Source: Ignavibacteriota bacterium (lineage in GTDB: Bacteria; Bacteroidota; Ignavibacteria; UBA10030). Taken from it: 64,000 bases of DNA. Location of the stretch: positions 128,001-192,000 of the forward strand of contig CAVSHO010000010.1 in assembly GCA_963727825.1 (NCBI GenBank). The letters are read 5' to 3'. Both the position numbers and the translations under genes were made by a program. The notes under the pieces were generated by a model. It ran no database searches. It was not told where the DNA came from and saw only the letters and a list, made by a program, of their open reading frames with translations. Shown in pieces: positions 54,324 through 64,000 of this stretch (positions within the stretch are counted from its first letter, which is position 1; the number at the start of each line of letters is the position of its first letter).

Positions 54324-55055
54324 TTGGAAAATAGATTACGCTCGTTGTACTTATTGCAGTTAGTTGATTCAAACCTCGACGAGCTGCAAGAAATGAAAGG
54401 CGACTTGCCGCAAATCGTAGCTGAATTATCAGAGAACGTAAAGAACAAGCTCGCAAACAAGAAAGCTCTTGAGAATATTTTAAAAGAATCAATTGCTGTT
54501 CGAGACCAAACAGATTCAGATATCCTTTCTCTTAAAGCAAAAATTGAGAAGTATAAAGCTCAACAATTCCAGGTGAAGACTAACAAGCAATATGATATAT
54601 TGGCAAGAGAGATCGATCTCTCGCAAGAAAAGATCACTAAGCTTCAAAGAGATATGGAAATATTGGAAGGCAAAGCAATGCTTGCCAAAGAAGACGCAGA
54701 AAAGCTCATCCCCGAACTTGAAACACTTCAAGCAGAACTAACAAACCGAAAGAAAGAACTTGCCGCAGTTAACAAAGAGCATGAAGATGAAGAGTTAAAA
54801 TTACAACACCAGCGCGAGAAGATAGTTGGGAAAATCTCTAAAGGGGATTACCAGATGTACAGCAGAATCCGCAAAGCGGAAGATGGTCGTGCAATTGTAT
54901 CTGTGAAGCGGATGTCCTGCGGCGGATGTTTTAACCGTGTCACTCCGCAGCGAGTGTTGGAATTGCGGAAGAACGCTGCTATGATCGCTTGTGAGCGGTG
55001 CGGCCGTATTCTTGTATCGGATGAAATCGTTGAGAGCGCAAAAAAATTCCTATGA
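54324..55055 (+). CDS. Coiled-coil C4 zinc-ribbon protein (DUF164/CT398-like)
   Basis: Long coiled coil, CGGC...CERCGRIL; TTG start after AGGAG RBS. Confidence 0.9.
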   Translation: MENRLRSLYLLQLVDSNLDELQEMKGDLPQIVAELSENVKNKLANKKALENILKESIAVRDQTDSDILSLKAKIEKYKAQQFQVKTNKQYDILAREIDLSQEKITKLQRDMEILEGKAMLAKEDAEKLIPELETLQAELTNRKKELAAVNKEHEDEELKLQHQREKIVGKISKGDYQMYSRIRKAEDGRAIVSVKRMSCGGCFNRVTPQRVLELRKNAAMIACERCGRILVSDEIVESAKKFL

Positions 55056-55468
55056 CTATTCTCGCTTATACGGATGGAGCTTCACGCGGTAATCCTGGTG
55101 AAAGCGGTGTCGGCATAATATTGAAGGATGAACTCGGCAATGTAATAGCATCGCAATATGGTTATATCGGAAAGGCAACAAATAATATCGCCGAATATAC
55201 TGCACTAGCCGCTTGCTTAAAACTAGTGCAAGCAACTAAATGCAGCCGCCTTGTGGTCCATTCTGACAGCGAATTGATGGTATGTCAATTGAATGGTCAA
55301 TATAAAGTGAAGGATATAAAACTGAAGAAACAATTTCAGAAAATCCAAAATATTCTAGTAACGGCCCCTTTTCAATTTATGATTAGGCACATATCACGCG
55401 AGAAAAATCGGGAAGCAGATGATTTAGCAAACCGTGGTATAGATACGAAGAAATTATTAGTCATTTAA
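55052..55468 (+). CDS. rnhA: Ribonuclease HI
   Basis: YTDGASRGNPG, TNNIAEY, SDSEL and REKNREADDLAN. Confidence 0.92.
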   Translation: MTILAYTDGASRGNPGESGVGIILKDELGNVIASQYGYIGKATNNIAEYTALAACLKLVQATKCSRLVVHSDSELMVCQLNGQYKVKDIKLKKQFQKIQNILVTAPFQFMIRHISREKNREADDLANRGIDTKKLLVI

Positions 55469-55532
55469 AATTGTTTTCTAATTGCATTCGATGCAGTTAA
55501 ATAGAATTTTGTTGAGAAAGCTGGACGTTGAG

Positions 55533-56065
55533 TCCAGAAGCAGAAGCTGGTGCATCAGGCAGCCGCTCTATTTCATCTAAGATGAAATGGGGAGGAAAGT
55601 CCGAACACCACAGGGCAAGGTGCCTCGCGTGTCTGTTAGAAGCGGTTGAATCCGCATCTAACTTAGAAAGCGGGGGTTCTGCAGGCGACATCCTGCAGAA
55701 ACGGAAAGTATCACAGAAAACACACATCCCGGTCCCTTCGCAAGAAGGAATTGAGAGAAAGGTGAAAAGGTGGTGTAAGAGACCACCGCATCGTCAGTAA
55801 TGGCGATGGTCGCGCAAGCGATCCCGTTATGACCGTTGGTCATAACGGGACAAGAGAAACCCCGCTTGGTGCAAGACCATGTAGATCCCGTTCTCGGTTT
55901 GGTGAAAATCAAACGGAGGCAGAGTTGCCCGCACAAGTTCACGAAAGTGAAGACGGGATGGGTAGGTCGCCAAGAGAAATGGCTGCCTCGTTTCGCTGTT
56001 TGCCTTGGCATTCAACGGGATCAGACAGAATTCGGCTTATCGATCAACCACTTCTTGCTTCTGGA
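55533..56065 (+). ncRNA. rnpB: RNase P RNA, bacterial type A (enlarged, lacking P18)
   Basis: GAGGAAAGTCC (55592-55602), ACAGAATTCGGCTTA (56025-56039), GGTGAAAAGGTGGTGTAAGAGACCACC, AAACCCC..GGTGCAAG; P1 pairs TCCAGAAGCAGAAG with CTTCTTGCTTCTGGA. Confidence 0.95.
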
Positions 56066-56140
56066 TTTCAGTGCACTTGAATCCAATCGAGTGCTCAGAT
56101 TTCTCACCACATTGATCAATCATTTTATTAAAGGATACCT

Positions 56141-57883
56141 TTGTCGCCTATTCGGGAATATCGCTGGACACTTCGCAAAGATACGAACGTAGCGCCAGAA
56201 ATTACTCAGACAGCACTATCATTGTCGCAGGAATTGTCCATTTCTCCAATCCTGACCGAAATACTTGTAAGCCGGGGCATTGATACATTCGAGAAAGCAC
56301 GGACATTCTTTCGACCAAGCTTGGAAGATCTACACGATCCATTTATTATGGATCAAATGGATGCCGCTGTAAAACGCATTTCAATGGCAATCTTGAACAA
56401 TGAACATATAGTTGTTTTTGGTGACTATGATGTTGATGGGACTGATAGCACTGCAATGTTATGGAAATTTCTGAAAGACGCTGGCGCGAACGTCAGCTAT
56501 TTCATTCCAGACAGAATCAAAGATGGTTATGGCATTTCGATAGCAGGCATCGATCACGTACACGATGCAGGAACTACGCTTCTAATTGCTGTCGATTGTG
56601 GCATTACAGCAGTTCAGCAAATTGAATATGCTCGCTCAAATAGCATTGATGTAATCATCTGCGATCATCATGAACCTGGGAATGAAATTCCTAAAGCTGC
56701 CGCTGTACTTGACGCCCTGAAATCATCATGTTCTTATCCATTTAAATATCTTTGCGGGTGTGGAGTCGCATTTAAATTGATTCAAGCGCTTGCTGCGTCT
56801 GAGCCAATTCAAAGCAAGCTTGGCGAAGATGCACCGAAACGCCTGCTCGACTATCTACAATACGTAACGCTGGCAACTACTGCAGACATCGTTCCGCTTG
56901 TCAATGAAAACCGAGTAATGGTTAAATTGGGATTGGAGCTTATTAACTCCATTCCAGTACCGGGAATCCAAGCACTTATCGAAACCTCGGGTTTATCACT
57001 TGGAAGAATTTCTTCAGGTCAGATTGTTTTCGTACTTGCACCGCGTATTAATGCAGTTGGAAGATTAGGAGATGCAAACCGAGCAGTTGAAATGCTTGCC
57101 AGTGATTCTTACGATCGTGCAGTTCAGATTGCCCGTGTTATGGAAAACGAAAACTTTGAGCGGCGTAAGATCGACGAGGAAACTTTTCTTCAAGCACAGG
57201 AAATTGTAGAAAAATATCTTGAAGCAGACAATGACAGCGCCATCGTTCTGCATCAGGAAGCTTGGCACCCCGGTGTTATCGGTATTGTCGCATCGAGACT
57301 GGTAGAACGGTATTATCGCCCCACTATTATGATGACAACGGTTGACGGCGTTGCCAAAGGTTCTGCCCGCAGTATCTCCGGCTTTAACATTCACGAAGCA
57401 CTGAAGCGGTGCGAAGACAAATTAATACAATTTGGCGGGCACAAATATGCCGCTGGCCTGACAGTAGAATTAGATAAGGTCGATGAATTCCGCGAAGCAT
57501 TTAAGCAAGTTGCCGCTGAACTTCTTACGGAAGATTTGCTTACACCAGAAATAAAGATTGATGCAGAAGTACAGCTTTCCGATCTAACACCAAAATTTAT
57601 TCGAGTGTTAAGTCAGTTCGCGCCATTCGGACCAGAGAACATGCGGCCTGTATTTGCAGCGCACAACGTGGAAGTTATTGGACAACCACGTATTGTTGGA
57701 AAGAACCATCTCCGTTTTAAGGTACGCAGCAACACGTACATTGTTGATGCCATCGGATTTAATCTCGGACATTTGCTCAGCCGTGTTCAAAGCGGCAGTA
57801 AGGTTGATGTGGCATTCTCGTTGGATGAAGGTGAATACGCCGGCGAAGCTGTGCCGCAATTAAAAATTCGAGATGTGAAGTGA
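56141..57883 (+). CDS. recJ: Single-stranded-DNA-specific exonuclease RecJ
   Basis: GDYDVDG, AVDCG, CDHH, APRINAVGR, GSARS, FGGHKYAAG and APFGPEN. Confidence 0.97.
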   Translation: MSPIREYRWTLRKDTNVAPEITQTALSLSQELSISPILTEILVSRGIDTFEKARTFFRPSLEDLHDPFIMDQMDAAVKRISMAILNNEHIVVFGDYDVDGTDSTAMLWKFLKDAGANVSYFIPDRIKDGYGISIAGIDHVHDAGTTLLIAVDCGITAVQQIEYARSNSIDVIICDHHEPGNEIPKAAAVLDALKSSCSYPFKYLCGCGVAFKLIQALAASEPIQSKLGEDAPKRLLDYLQYVTLATTADIVPLVNENRVMVKLGLELINSIPVPGIQALIETSGLSLGRISSGQIVFVLAPRINAVGRLGDANRAVEMLASDSYDRAVQIARVMENENFERRKIDEETFLQAQEIVEKYLEADNDSAIVLHQEAWHPGVIGIVASRLVERYYRPTIMMTTVDGVAKGSARSISGFNIHEALKRCEDKLIQFGGHKYAAGLTVELDKVDEFREAFKQVAAELLTEDLLTPEIKIDAEVQLSDLTPKFIRVLSQFAPFGPENMRPVFAAHNVEVIGQPRIVGKNHLRFKVRSNTYIVDAIGFNLGHLLSRVQSGSKVDVAFSLDEGEYAGEAVPQLKIRDVK

Positions 57884-58002
57884 GCCTATGAGTGATAAAA
57901 CACTTGAGCCCGAATATTTCACCAATCATTTTAGACGTTCAACTACATATCTGCTCAAAAGCGCAGATGTTCCATAACTCTCAACTTTTAAGGAGAGGAT
58001 AA

Positions 58003-58758
58003 ATGTCCGGTCATAGTAAGTGGTCAACAATAAAGCGGAAGAAAGCAGTTACCGACGCGCGACGCGGCAAAATCTTCACGCAAGTCATCAAGGAAATAAC
58101 TGTCGCCGCAAAACTTGGCGGCGGTGATTCAAATAGTAATGCGCGGCTACGATTCGCGATTGAGAAAGCGAAAGCAAGCAATATGCCTGCCGATAACATT
58201 AAGCGCGCCATACAAAAGGGAACTGGTGAATTGCCCGGTGTCAATTATGAAGACGTGGTGTACGAAGTCTATGGACCGGGCGGTGTCGCTATTATTATCG
58301 AAACCGTGACAGACAATAAAAACCGCACAATCTCGGACATTCGTCATATACTTGAAAGAAACCATGGCAAGATTGCAATGGCCGGATCTGTGGCTTTCCA
58401 ATTTCATAAGAAAGGCATCATACTTGTACTAAAGTCCGTTATACAGGAAGACGATTTGCTCTCCATCATTCTTGATGCTGGAGCCGAAGACATGAAAATT
58501 GAAGGCGAAGAGTACAGCATTATTTGCGCACCTGAAAATTTTGAGAAGGTGAAACAAGCCCTCATAACAAAAAATATTAAGATCGAATCCGCTGAAATTC
58601 TTCTCGTCGCCGACAATACAGTAAAAGTGGAAGGAAAAGATGCGGAAAACTTACTGAAGCTATTAGAAGTACTTGAAGACTATGACGATGTGCAAAAAGT
58701 ACATGCCAATTTCGATATTGACGATAAGGAATTAGCACGAATAGGAACTGGAAATTAA
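58003..58758 (+). CDS. YebC/PmpR family protein
   Basis: MSGHSKWSTIKRKK, YEVYGPGG, TDNKNRT and DDVQKVHAN. Confidence 0.96.
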   Translation: MSGHSKWSTIKRKKAVTDARRGKIFTQVIKEITVAAKLGGGDSNSNARLRFAIEKAKASNMPADNIKRAIQKGTGELPGVNYEDVVYEVYGPGGVAIIIETVTDNKNRTISDIRHILERNHGKIAMAGSVAFQFHKKGIILVLKSVIQEDDLLSIILDAGAEDMKIEGEEYSIICAPENFEKVKQALITKNIKIESAEILLVADNTVKVEGKDAENLLKLLEVLEDYDDVQKVHANFDIDDKELARIGTGN

Positions 58759-58842
58759 TTGATTGTTATTTAGTGAATTGGTGATGAGAAATCTCTATCT
58801 TATATAAATGATGAATTACAGATCACTTAGTCATCAATTATT

Positions 58843-59418
58843 ATGATAATTCTTGGTGTTGATCCTGGGACTCTCATTACAGGCTTTGGCGTTATAGAAG
58901 TAGAACGGGGAAAGTATTCCGTACTCACTTATAATGTTGTAAAAAATTCCGGCAATGACTCCATGCCAATCCGCTTGAAACGAATTTACGATCGACTATG
59001 TGAAATCATCAACAATTATCATCCGGATGAGTTTGCTATCGAAACTGCATTCTATGGAAAGAATGCACAATCGGCTTTAAAGATTGGCCATTCACGCGGC
59101 GTATCAATATTGGCGGCAGTGAATTATGAAATTCCGACCACTGAATATTCTCCACGTGAAGTCAAGAAAGCCGTTACCGGCAACGGTGCTGCTTCAAAAC
59201 AGCAAGTGCAGTTCATGGTGCAGACACATCTGAAGCTTCGCGAAACACCAAAATATTTTGATGTCTCAGACGCGCTCGCAGTCGCTTTATGCCATTCGTT
59301 CCGAATAACGGGCGGCAAAGCGACATCCAAACGCACACGGAGGATTGCTTCGAATACACATCGAAGCTGGTCGGATTTCATTCATTCGCATCCAGAACGA
59401 GTTGTGGGGAAAAAATGA
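58843..59418 (+). CDS. ruvC: Holliday junction endonuclease RuvC
   Basis: ILGVDPG, AIETAF, VKKAVTGNG and DALAVALCH. Confidence 0.96.
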   Translation: MIILGVDPGTLITGFGVIEVERGKYSVLTYNVVKNSGNDSMPIRLKRIYDRLCEIINNYHPDEFAIETAFYGKNAQSALKIGHSRGVSILAAVNYEIPTTEYSPREVKKAVTGNGAASKQQVQFMVQTHLKLRETPKYFDVSDALAVALCHSFRITGGKATSKRTRRIASNTHRSWSDFIHSHPERVVGKK

Positions 59419-60023
59419 TCGCATCTCTTACGGGTATCCTTAAATATAAAAGTCCCACGGAAATTCTTATTGATGTACACGGCGTCGGTTACAACGTTAG
59501 TATTCCACTTTCTACATATGAAAAGCTTGGAGAAATAGGTTCATCAATTTCCCTGCTAACATATTTCCACGTGCGCGAAGATGCCATGCAGTTGTTTGGA
59601 TTTTTTTCAGATGAAGAACGACGACTCTTCAAACTTCTAATTTCGGTGTCGGGCATAGGACCTAAGATTGCACAGAGCGTTCTTTCTGGAATGAATGTTG
59701 AAGAGCTCAAATCATATCTTATCAGTGGAAACGTCATTGCTCTAACGGCTATTCCCGGCGTTGGTAAAAAAACAGCCGAACGTTTGATCTTAGAATTGCG
59801 CGATAAAATCGGCAAAACGATTGCTGATGCCGAACCTCTCTCAACCCAAGGTATGGAATCTGCCGCAATGCGCACGGAAGCACTTCAAGCGCTCACATCG
59901 TTGGGATACAATCTGCAAATCGCTGAAAAATCTATTCGGCTTGTTTTGAAAGAAGCTGAGGGTTCGAATATTTCCCTTGAAGAACTCATCAAACGAGCGC
60001 TTCGTCACACGAACGTTCGATAA
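59415..60023 (+). CDS. ruvA: Holliday junction branch migration protein RuvA
   Basis: MIASLTG, DVHGVGY, VREDAMQLFGF, SGIGPK and PGVGKKTAERLILEL; ATGA overlap with ruvC. Confidence 0.96.
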   Translation: MIASLTGILKYKSPTEILIDVHGVGYNVSIPLSTYEKLGEIGSSISLLTYFHVREDAMQLFGFFSDEERRLFKLLISVSGIGPKIAQSVLSGMNVEELKSYLISGNVIALTAIPGVGKKTAERLILELRDKIGKTIADAEPLSTQGMESAAMRTEALQALTSLGYNLQIAEKSIRLVLKEAEGSNISLEELIKRALRHTNVR

Positions 60024-60100
60024 ATCGACCTTAATATTCTGCTAAATGTTTTTCAAGTGTTGTATTGCAATTCTCTGCGGTTCTTGGTAATATTCCATAA

Positions 60101-61153
60101 ATGAGACAGTCCAATTTGACAAAACCCGAACGATTGGATCAAGAAATTGATCTTGATCAAACATTGCGCCCGTCTGCACTTACAGATTTTGTCGGACAGG
60201 ATAAAATTGTAGAGAATCTGAAAGTATTCATTACGGCGGCGAGGCAGCGTAATGAACCGCTCGATCATGTTTTATTGACCGGTCCTCCCGGACTTGGGAA
60301 AACAACGCTTGCCCACATCGTTGCGCACGAAATGGGTACTGGTATTAAAATGACCTCTGGTCCGGCGTTAGAAAAACCAGGCGACCTTGCGGGCATTCTT
60401 ACTTCACTCGAGAAATCTGAAGTACTCTTCATCGACGAAATCCACCGCGTGCCTGCAAGAATAGAAGAATATTTATACTCCGCGATGGAAGATTTTCGAG
60501 TTGATATTGTGATAGACAGTGGACCTGGAGCAAAAACAATTCAACTTGGCCTTCAGCCATTTACTTTGGTTGGAGCTACAACACGTGCTGGATTGCTAAG
60601 TTCACCCTTGCGATCTCGATTTGGTATCACCAATCGTTTAGATTATTATTCATATGACCAATTAGACTGCATAATTCGGCGTTCGGCAGGTATTTTATCG
60701 ATAACGGCAGAATCAGAAGCAACTATAGAAATTGCCAAACGTTCGCGAGGAACGCCGCGTATTGCCAATCGTCTATTGAAACGGTGCCGCGATTTTGCAC
60801 AGGCAGATGCACGGCTGGCGCATTTCGATGGAATCATCACGAAAGAGGTTGCTGAGTTTTCACTGAAGGCTTTGGAAGTGGACGAGTACGGATTTGACGA
60901 AATGGATAAACGCATTCTATCCGCTATCATTAAAAAATATAATGGCGGGCCAGTCGGAGTCAGCACACTTGCAGTTGCCGTTGGCGAAGAATCAGGAACA
61001 CTGGAAGAAGTATATGAACCGTATCTTATTCAAGAGGGTTTTTTGAAACGGACTTCTCGCGGCCGCGAGGCAACCGCACTCGCCTATAAGCATTTCGGCG
61101 TTCCGATGAAACGAGAATCAATACAGCAATCACAGATTGAATTTGACAGCTAA
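60101..61153 (+). CDS. ruvB: Holliday junction branch migration helicase RuvB
   Basis: [34 protein letters not shown] and YEPYL. Confidence 0.98.
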   Translation: MRQSNLTKPERLDQEIDLDQTLRPSALTDFVGQDKIVENLKVFITAARQRNEPLDHVLLTGPPGLGKTTLAHIVAHEMGTGIKMTSGPALEKPGDLAGILTSLEKSEVLFIDEIHRVPARIEEYLYSAMEDFRVDIVIDSGPGAKTIQLGLQPFTLVGATTRAGLLSSPLRSRFGITNRLDYYSYDQLDCIIRRSAGILSITAESEATIEIAKRSRGTPRIANRLLKRCRDFAQADARLAHFDGIITKEVAEFSLKALEVDEYGFDEMDKRILSAIIKKYNGGPVGVSTLAVAVGEESGTLEEVYEPYLIQEGFLKRTSRGREATALAYKHFGVPMKRESIQQSQIEFDS

Positions 61154-61177
61154 CGTCGGAAATACAGGAAGAATAAT

Positions 61178-63067
61178 ATGATGAAGCATAAGCGAAATTT
61201 TCCTTGGCTGCTGATCTTCACCTGTTGTATGATTAATTTCGCTGAATGGAAATTCGTTTATTCCCAAAACGCACCATCAGACGGAGTGTCATTTCAAGCA
61301 ATAACATTTATTGATGCGAACAAAGTTATTGCCGTTGGCGATAGCGGAACTATTGCGCTTTCTACCGATATGGGCAAAACGTGGTCGATGCGGCGCAACG
61401 TCAACCACATAACGACTCCCTTGAATGGAGTAGCATTTGCAAATGCTGCGCGTGGTTTTGTCGTAGGAACAAATGGCGTCCTTCTAATGACAACAAATGG
61501 CGGAGGAACATCTTGGGACAAACAACTCATCAACTCTACGGCAACGTTGCATTCAATCTCTTTCAGCAATGAGATGACCGGCACTATTGTCGGCGATAAT
61601 GGCATGATATATCATTCTCTCGATGGCGGATATGATTGGTTCATGCAAACAAGTGGCGTTCGTCTCAATCTAAACAGTGTAGTTATCATGGACAACAAAA
61701 CTGGAATCGCTGTCGGCGACCATGGTACAATTCTTCGCACAACAGATGATGGAAATACTTGGACTAACCTTTCTTCTTCATTCATTCCTTATAATTTTTA
61801 TTCCGTTTCTTTTAACGGATTGAATAACGGAATTATAGTCGGTGAGAATGGAACTATACTCCATACGACGAATGGAGGCTTAAGTTGGACTTTAGAACCA
61901 AGCGGCGTCATGCAGACACTTTTTTGTTCTGCCTTTCCCTCCTCAAATTTTTCTATTGCTGCAGGTGCTTCTGCCACAATTCTTACGTCAATAAGAGGAA
62001 TAAATTGGCTGAAACAATCGAACATAACGCGTAACACAATTATTGCGACAGCGTTTGCTGATGCGAAGGTTGGCATTGCAGTTGGGGCTCAACAAACTAT
62101 TATTCGAACGACGGACGGCGCAATCACTTGGAATACTGTGATACCTGCGTTGGAAAAACCGGTTCCACTGCCGGCGATAACTGCGTTACCAGAGAGATTT
62201 CTGAAAAAGAATATTGCTACCGCCGTGGGAACGAATGGTCTAATTCTCCAATCCAAGGATTTCGGTGCATCATGGGCGAAAATAGTCGGCACAAGCGAGA
62301 ACACACTCATATCAATCTCTGCTGTAGACCAAACGAATGCTACGGCTGTTGGGAACGGCGGTATTATTCTCCACACGAGCGACGCTGGAGCAACTTGGAT
62401 AACTCAATTGAGTACAACCACCAGGCCATTATTCCGGTCATGCTTCACAAGCATTGACAATGGAATAGCAGTTGGCGATTTAGGCATTATGCTGAAAACA
62501 TCGAACGGCGGGACAACCTGGATCAAACAGCCATCGGGTACGGTCAATCATCTGCGCGATATTGCATTCATCGACAATAAAACCGGTATTTCTGTCGGAG
62601 CAATGGGAACAATTATAGGTACTATCGATGGCGGAATGACATGGACATTGCAGGAAAGTGGAACAACAAGCTGGCTAAATTCTGCAGTGCTTCTTTCTAA
62701 AACCACATTCATCGCCGTTGGTGCAGACGGAATAATTTTACGATCCACAGACAAAGGCAAAATATGGATATCACAAGTAAGCGGAACTACAAAGGAATTG
62801 TTAAACGCTTTCTGCATCGATTCAAATAATGTATTTGTTGTTGGAACAGAGGGAACAATATTACACACTCTAGATGGCGGGATAAAGTGGACTGAGATTA
62901 GAAGTCAATCTACCAACGACTTGCGTTCAATTCAATTCTTCGATGAAAAACAAGGTATCATTGTCGGAGCTGGAGGAATAATTCTGAGGACAACAAACGG
63001 CGGGACATCTTGGACAAAAGTGGAAACAGATTTCCCGTTATCACTTTTTAGTTTAACAATCAATTAA
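61178..63067 (+). CDS. Secreted YCF48/BNR-repeat (Asp-box) double beta-propeller protein
   Basis: About 14 repeats of AVGxxGxIxxTxDGGxTW with a Pro-rich linker in the middle; signal peptide. Confidence 0.85.
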   Translation: MMKHKRNFPWLLIFTCCMINFAEWKFVYSQNAPSDGVSFQAITFIDANKVIAVGDSGTIALSTDMGKTWSMRRNVNHITTPLNGVAFANAARGFVVGTNGVLLMTTNGGGTSWDKQLINSTATLHSISFSNEMTGTIVGDNGMIYHSLDGGYDWFMQTSGVRLNLNSVVIMDNKTGIAVGDHGTILRTTDDGNTWTNLSSSFIPYNFYSVSFNGLNNGIIVGENGTILHTTNGGLSWTLEPSGVMQTLFCSAFPSSNFSIAAGASATILTSIRGINWLKQSNITRNTIIATAFADAKVGIAVGAQQTIIRTTDGAITWNTVIPALEKPVPLPAITALPERFLKKNIATAVGTNGLILQSKDFGASWAKIVGTSENTLISISAVDQTNATAVGNGGIILHTSDAGATWITQLSTTTRPLFRSCFTSIDNGIAVGDLGIMLKTSNGGTTWIKQPSGTVNHLRDIAFIDNKTGISVGAMGTIIGTIDGGMTWTLQESGTTSWLNSAVLLSKTTFIAVGADGIILRSTDKGKIWISQVSGTTKELLNAFCIDSNNVFVVGTEGTILHTLDGGIKWTEIRSQSTNDLRSIQFFDEKQGIIVGAGGIILRTTNGGTSWTKVETDFPLSLFSLTIN

Positions 63068-63088
63068 AACCTAAGTACCGTTCATTCT

Positions 63089-63838
63089 CTATTTTCCATA
63101 ATATTTTTTCAAGACTTTTAGTACTGTTTCCATATCTTTAGGCATTTGTGCTTCTATTAACATCTTCTTGCCTGTCGTTGGATGAATGAAGGAAAGAGAA
63201 AAAGCATGAAGAGCTGACCGCGCCAGAAGCGGTTTCTCTTCCCCACTCGGCTTATAATTTCGTTTTACGCTCGAAAGAAAAAACCAACCGCTATTACTAT
63301 ACAAAGGATCAGCCAGAATCGGCAATCCGACAGCACTTAAGTGAACACGAATTTGGTGCGTGCGCCCTGTGTGTGGTTTTGCCTCGACAAACGCGTAGCC
63401 ATTAAATTTTTCAATTATTTTATAATCTGTTATCGCTTCTTTTCCATTTTTCCTATCAATTTTCATTTTTCTAACGCCGTGTTCATTCTCTGTTATTGGC
63501 AAATTGATGCAGCCACTATCAGCGTTCGGCGATCCGGTAACAATTGCCCGATATATTTTTTCCACCTGTCGCTTTTCAAAAGCCGTATTGAGAAGTGCAT
63601 GTGCCTCAGCGGACTTGGCAAAGAGCACAACACCGCTTGTCTCTCTATCAATTCTGTGCACAATAAAAATATTTCCGAGCGTTTCCTTTAATAACTCATA
63701 CAGATTAATCAATTTCCTGTCGAACCGATCCGGTAGTACTAATAATCCGGCAGGCTTATTGATAACAATAATGGTATCGTCTTCTAGAAGGATACCACCA
63801 CGATTCTTCTTGAGAATATTTTCAAGCTTCCATCGCAT
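63089..63838 (-). CDS. RluA-family pseudouridine synthase
   Basis: INKPAGL, VHRIDRETSG, TGRTHQIRVH and ALHA. Confidence 0.93.
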   Translation of the reverse strand: MRWKLENILKKNRGGILLEDDTIIVINKPAGLLVLPDRFDRKLINLYELLKETLGNIFIVHRIDRETSGVVLFAKSAEAHALLNTAFEKRQVEKIYRAIVTGSPNADSGCINLPITENEHGVRKMKIDRKNGKEAITDYKIIEKFNGYAFVEAKPHTGRTHQIRVHLSAVGLPILADPLYSNSGWFFLSSVKRNYKPSGEEKPLLARSALHAFSLSFIHPTTGKKMLIEAQMPKDMETVLKVLKKYYGK

Positions 63839-63961
63839 AACGATTTATTTTCAATGTAGAACCGCATTTGTTGAAAAACAAGCGATTGAAGAAATTGATT
63901 GTCAATAGAAATTGATTTACATTCGTTCAAATATTTGTTGGGAAAGAGCAGGAATAGGACT

Positions 63962-64000
63962 ATGGATAAAGATCTCCAATCAATTCAGGAAGCACGCGAT
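63962..64000 (+). CDS. Start of a CDS truncated by window edge (MDKDLQSIQEARD), resembling an acylating acetaldehyde dehydrogenase N-terminus
   Basis: ATG after AGGA; only 13 codons are visible. Confidence 0.45.
   Translation, partial: MDKDLQSIQEARD

Noticed and set aside
55497-56192. Cluster of short overlapping ORFs on both strands
   Set aside because: They overlap the RNase P RNA gene and show no protein motifs.
61178-63067. Ycf48 as evidence of photosystem II
   Set aside because: Asp-box propeller repeats are generic in this group and no photosynthesis genes are present.

Overview
Chromosomal segment, most likely from an Ignavibacteria/Chlorobi-group bacterium. That placement is inferred from an RNase P RNA lacking P18, a Chlorobi/Rhodothermus-type HisA C-terminus, the ECF sigma/anti-sigma/DUF6249 trio and canonical sigma70 promoters. 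Most of the window is housekeeping: pepO-like M13 peptidase, tRNA-Arg(TCT), waaF, dapD, rmlD, serS, a heterodimeric ABC exporter, tilS-hpt-ftsH, groES-groEL with a perfect CIRCE, ispG, gap-pgk, purD, guaB, nif3-zinc ribbon-rnhA-rnpB, recJ, yebC-ruvCAB and rluA. The main accessory block is a ~4.5 kb defence islet (21.4-25.8 kb). It holds a toxin-antitoxin-SecB chaperone (TAC) operon next to a helicase-less Type ISP-like/IIG restriction-modification enzyme, whose gene carries two in-frame palindromic insertions. Other notable signals are a duplicated tRNA 5' half broken in the anticodon loop by hairpins, a four-helix-bundle gene cassette with complementary flanks, a tandem two-repeat PUR protein, a spirochete/trypanosomatid-type GAPDH-PGK pair, an enlarged RNase P RNA and two candidate sRNA/leader units. 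Several single-base frameshifts (pfkB-like, ABC, ftsH, spy-like, pgk) suggest consensus errors in the assembly. All calls come from reading motifs by eye; no searches were run.
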